Source of the DNA: Phoronis australis
Taxonomy: Eukaryota > Animalia > Phoronida
DNA length: 64,000 nt
Reading direction: 5' to 3'
Assembly: GCA_002633005.1 (NCBI GenBank)
Contig: NMRA01000080.1
Location: forward strand, 401,291 to 465,290
Shown: positions 63,342-64,000 of the stretch, in pieces
How the letters are laid out: each line of letters starts with the position of its first letter
How positions within the stretch are numbered: the stretch's first letter is position 1
The notes under the pieces: model-generated
What the model was told of the DNA's origin: nothing
Seen by the model: the letters and a program-made list of their open reading frames with translations, nothing else
Database searches by the model: none
Translations under genes and position numbers: made by a program

Positions 63342-64000
63342 AGGCGAAGGCAACCTTTTTTCATGTCATTTTGAGCTAAAATAAGGTTGGTTGGTTATCC
63401 TAGACATATTTTCCACTTAATTACAGGTTTTCGTAATTTTGTTAATTACTCGTCCGCTACTCCGGAAGTGACGTTTTAGGAGGCAAGCATTTCGCGCCAA
63501 TTTCTTTTCATATAGTCTGACTGTGAGAGCTGCCGACTCAGTCATTGTTCCACCTCGGTTGTGTTAAGTTCCGTTGTCGCGCGCTTTGGGAGTACCTTTG
63601 CATCGCTTTCCGATGGATACACACTTCGCCGTACTTGGCTCGTTCGTGTGAAGAGCGCAGCGTTACCCGTCCACGCAACGTACAAAGCAGTCGAAAATTA
63701 CCGTGTGTGTGGCAAACACTTTCTGCCGTCCGATTACGAAAGGGATTTGTACGCTGAACTGATGAAGGTGCCTGCGAAACAACGCCTGAAGCAGGATGCC
63801 ATTCCGTCTGTGTTGATTCCCGGCAGTGCCCCGTCGCCACCCCCAAGATGTGCGTATTTGAAGCGAGAAGCCTCGCGAGCTGTAGCCAGTGCAGTGACTG
63901 GAGCCAGTGGAGGCACTTCATCTACTGTCACCCGTGCCTCCGAACGTACCCCAGAGCGTGCCATTCCTGGAACCAGTAGTGATTCGCCCTGTGCTGTTTT
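63342..64000 (+). mobile_element. Left end of a Kolobok-like transposon with a frameshifted THAP domain; runs off the window
   Basis: TTAA|AGGCGAAGGCAACC at 63338. Frames piece together HCST.GC, GVPLHRFP and LRRTWLVRVK...YRVCGKHFLPSDYERDL.AELM...RLKQDAIPSV. The last frame is open to the window end. Confidence 0.75.

Overview
Repeat-rich eukaryotic scaffold, most consistent with an invertebrate animal: it has GT-AG introns, MITEs, LINE and Penelope relics, and two N gaps. Two host genes can be supported. One is an intronless, divergent ACSF2-like AMP-binding acyl-CoA ligase (6349-8100, +). The other is an 8-exon JmjC/cupin-8 2OG-Fe(II) oxygenase, spliced by hand (12225-25882, +, 348 aa, HxD...H triad intact), which the ORF track shows only in fragments. 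The rest is mostly nested mobile DNA: foldback elements with 8-9 bp TSDs, hAT-like MITEs with 5-6 bp TSDs, TTAA Kolobok elements with THAP remnants, Harbinger-type MITEs, a tRNA-derived SINE, and decayed LINEs and Penelope ends, one with a hammerhead core. The most striking unexplained structure is two unrelated tandem arrays (19.1-20.8 kb, ~150 bp unit; 36.4-37.8 kb, ~110 bp unit). In both, the best-conserved part of each unit is a co-oriented CTCF-like motif. All coordinates were read by eye and no database searches were run.
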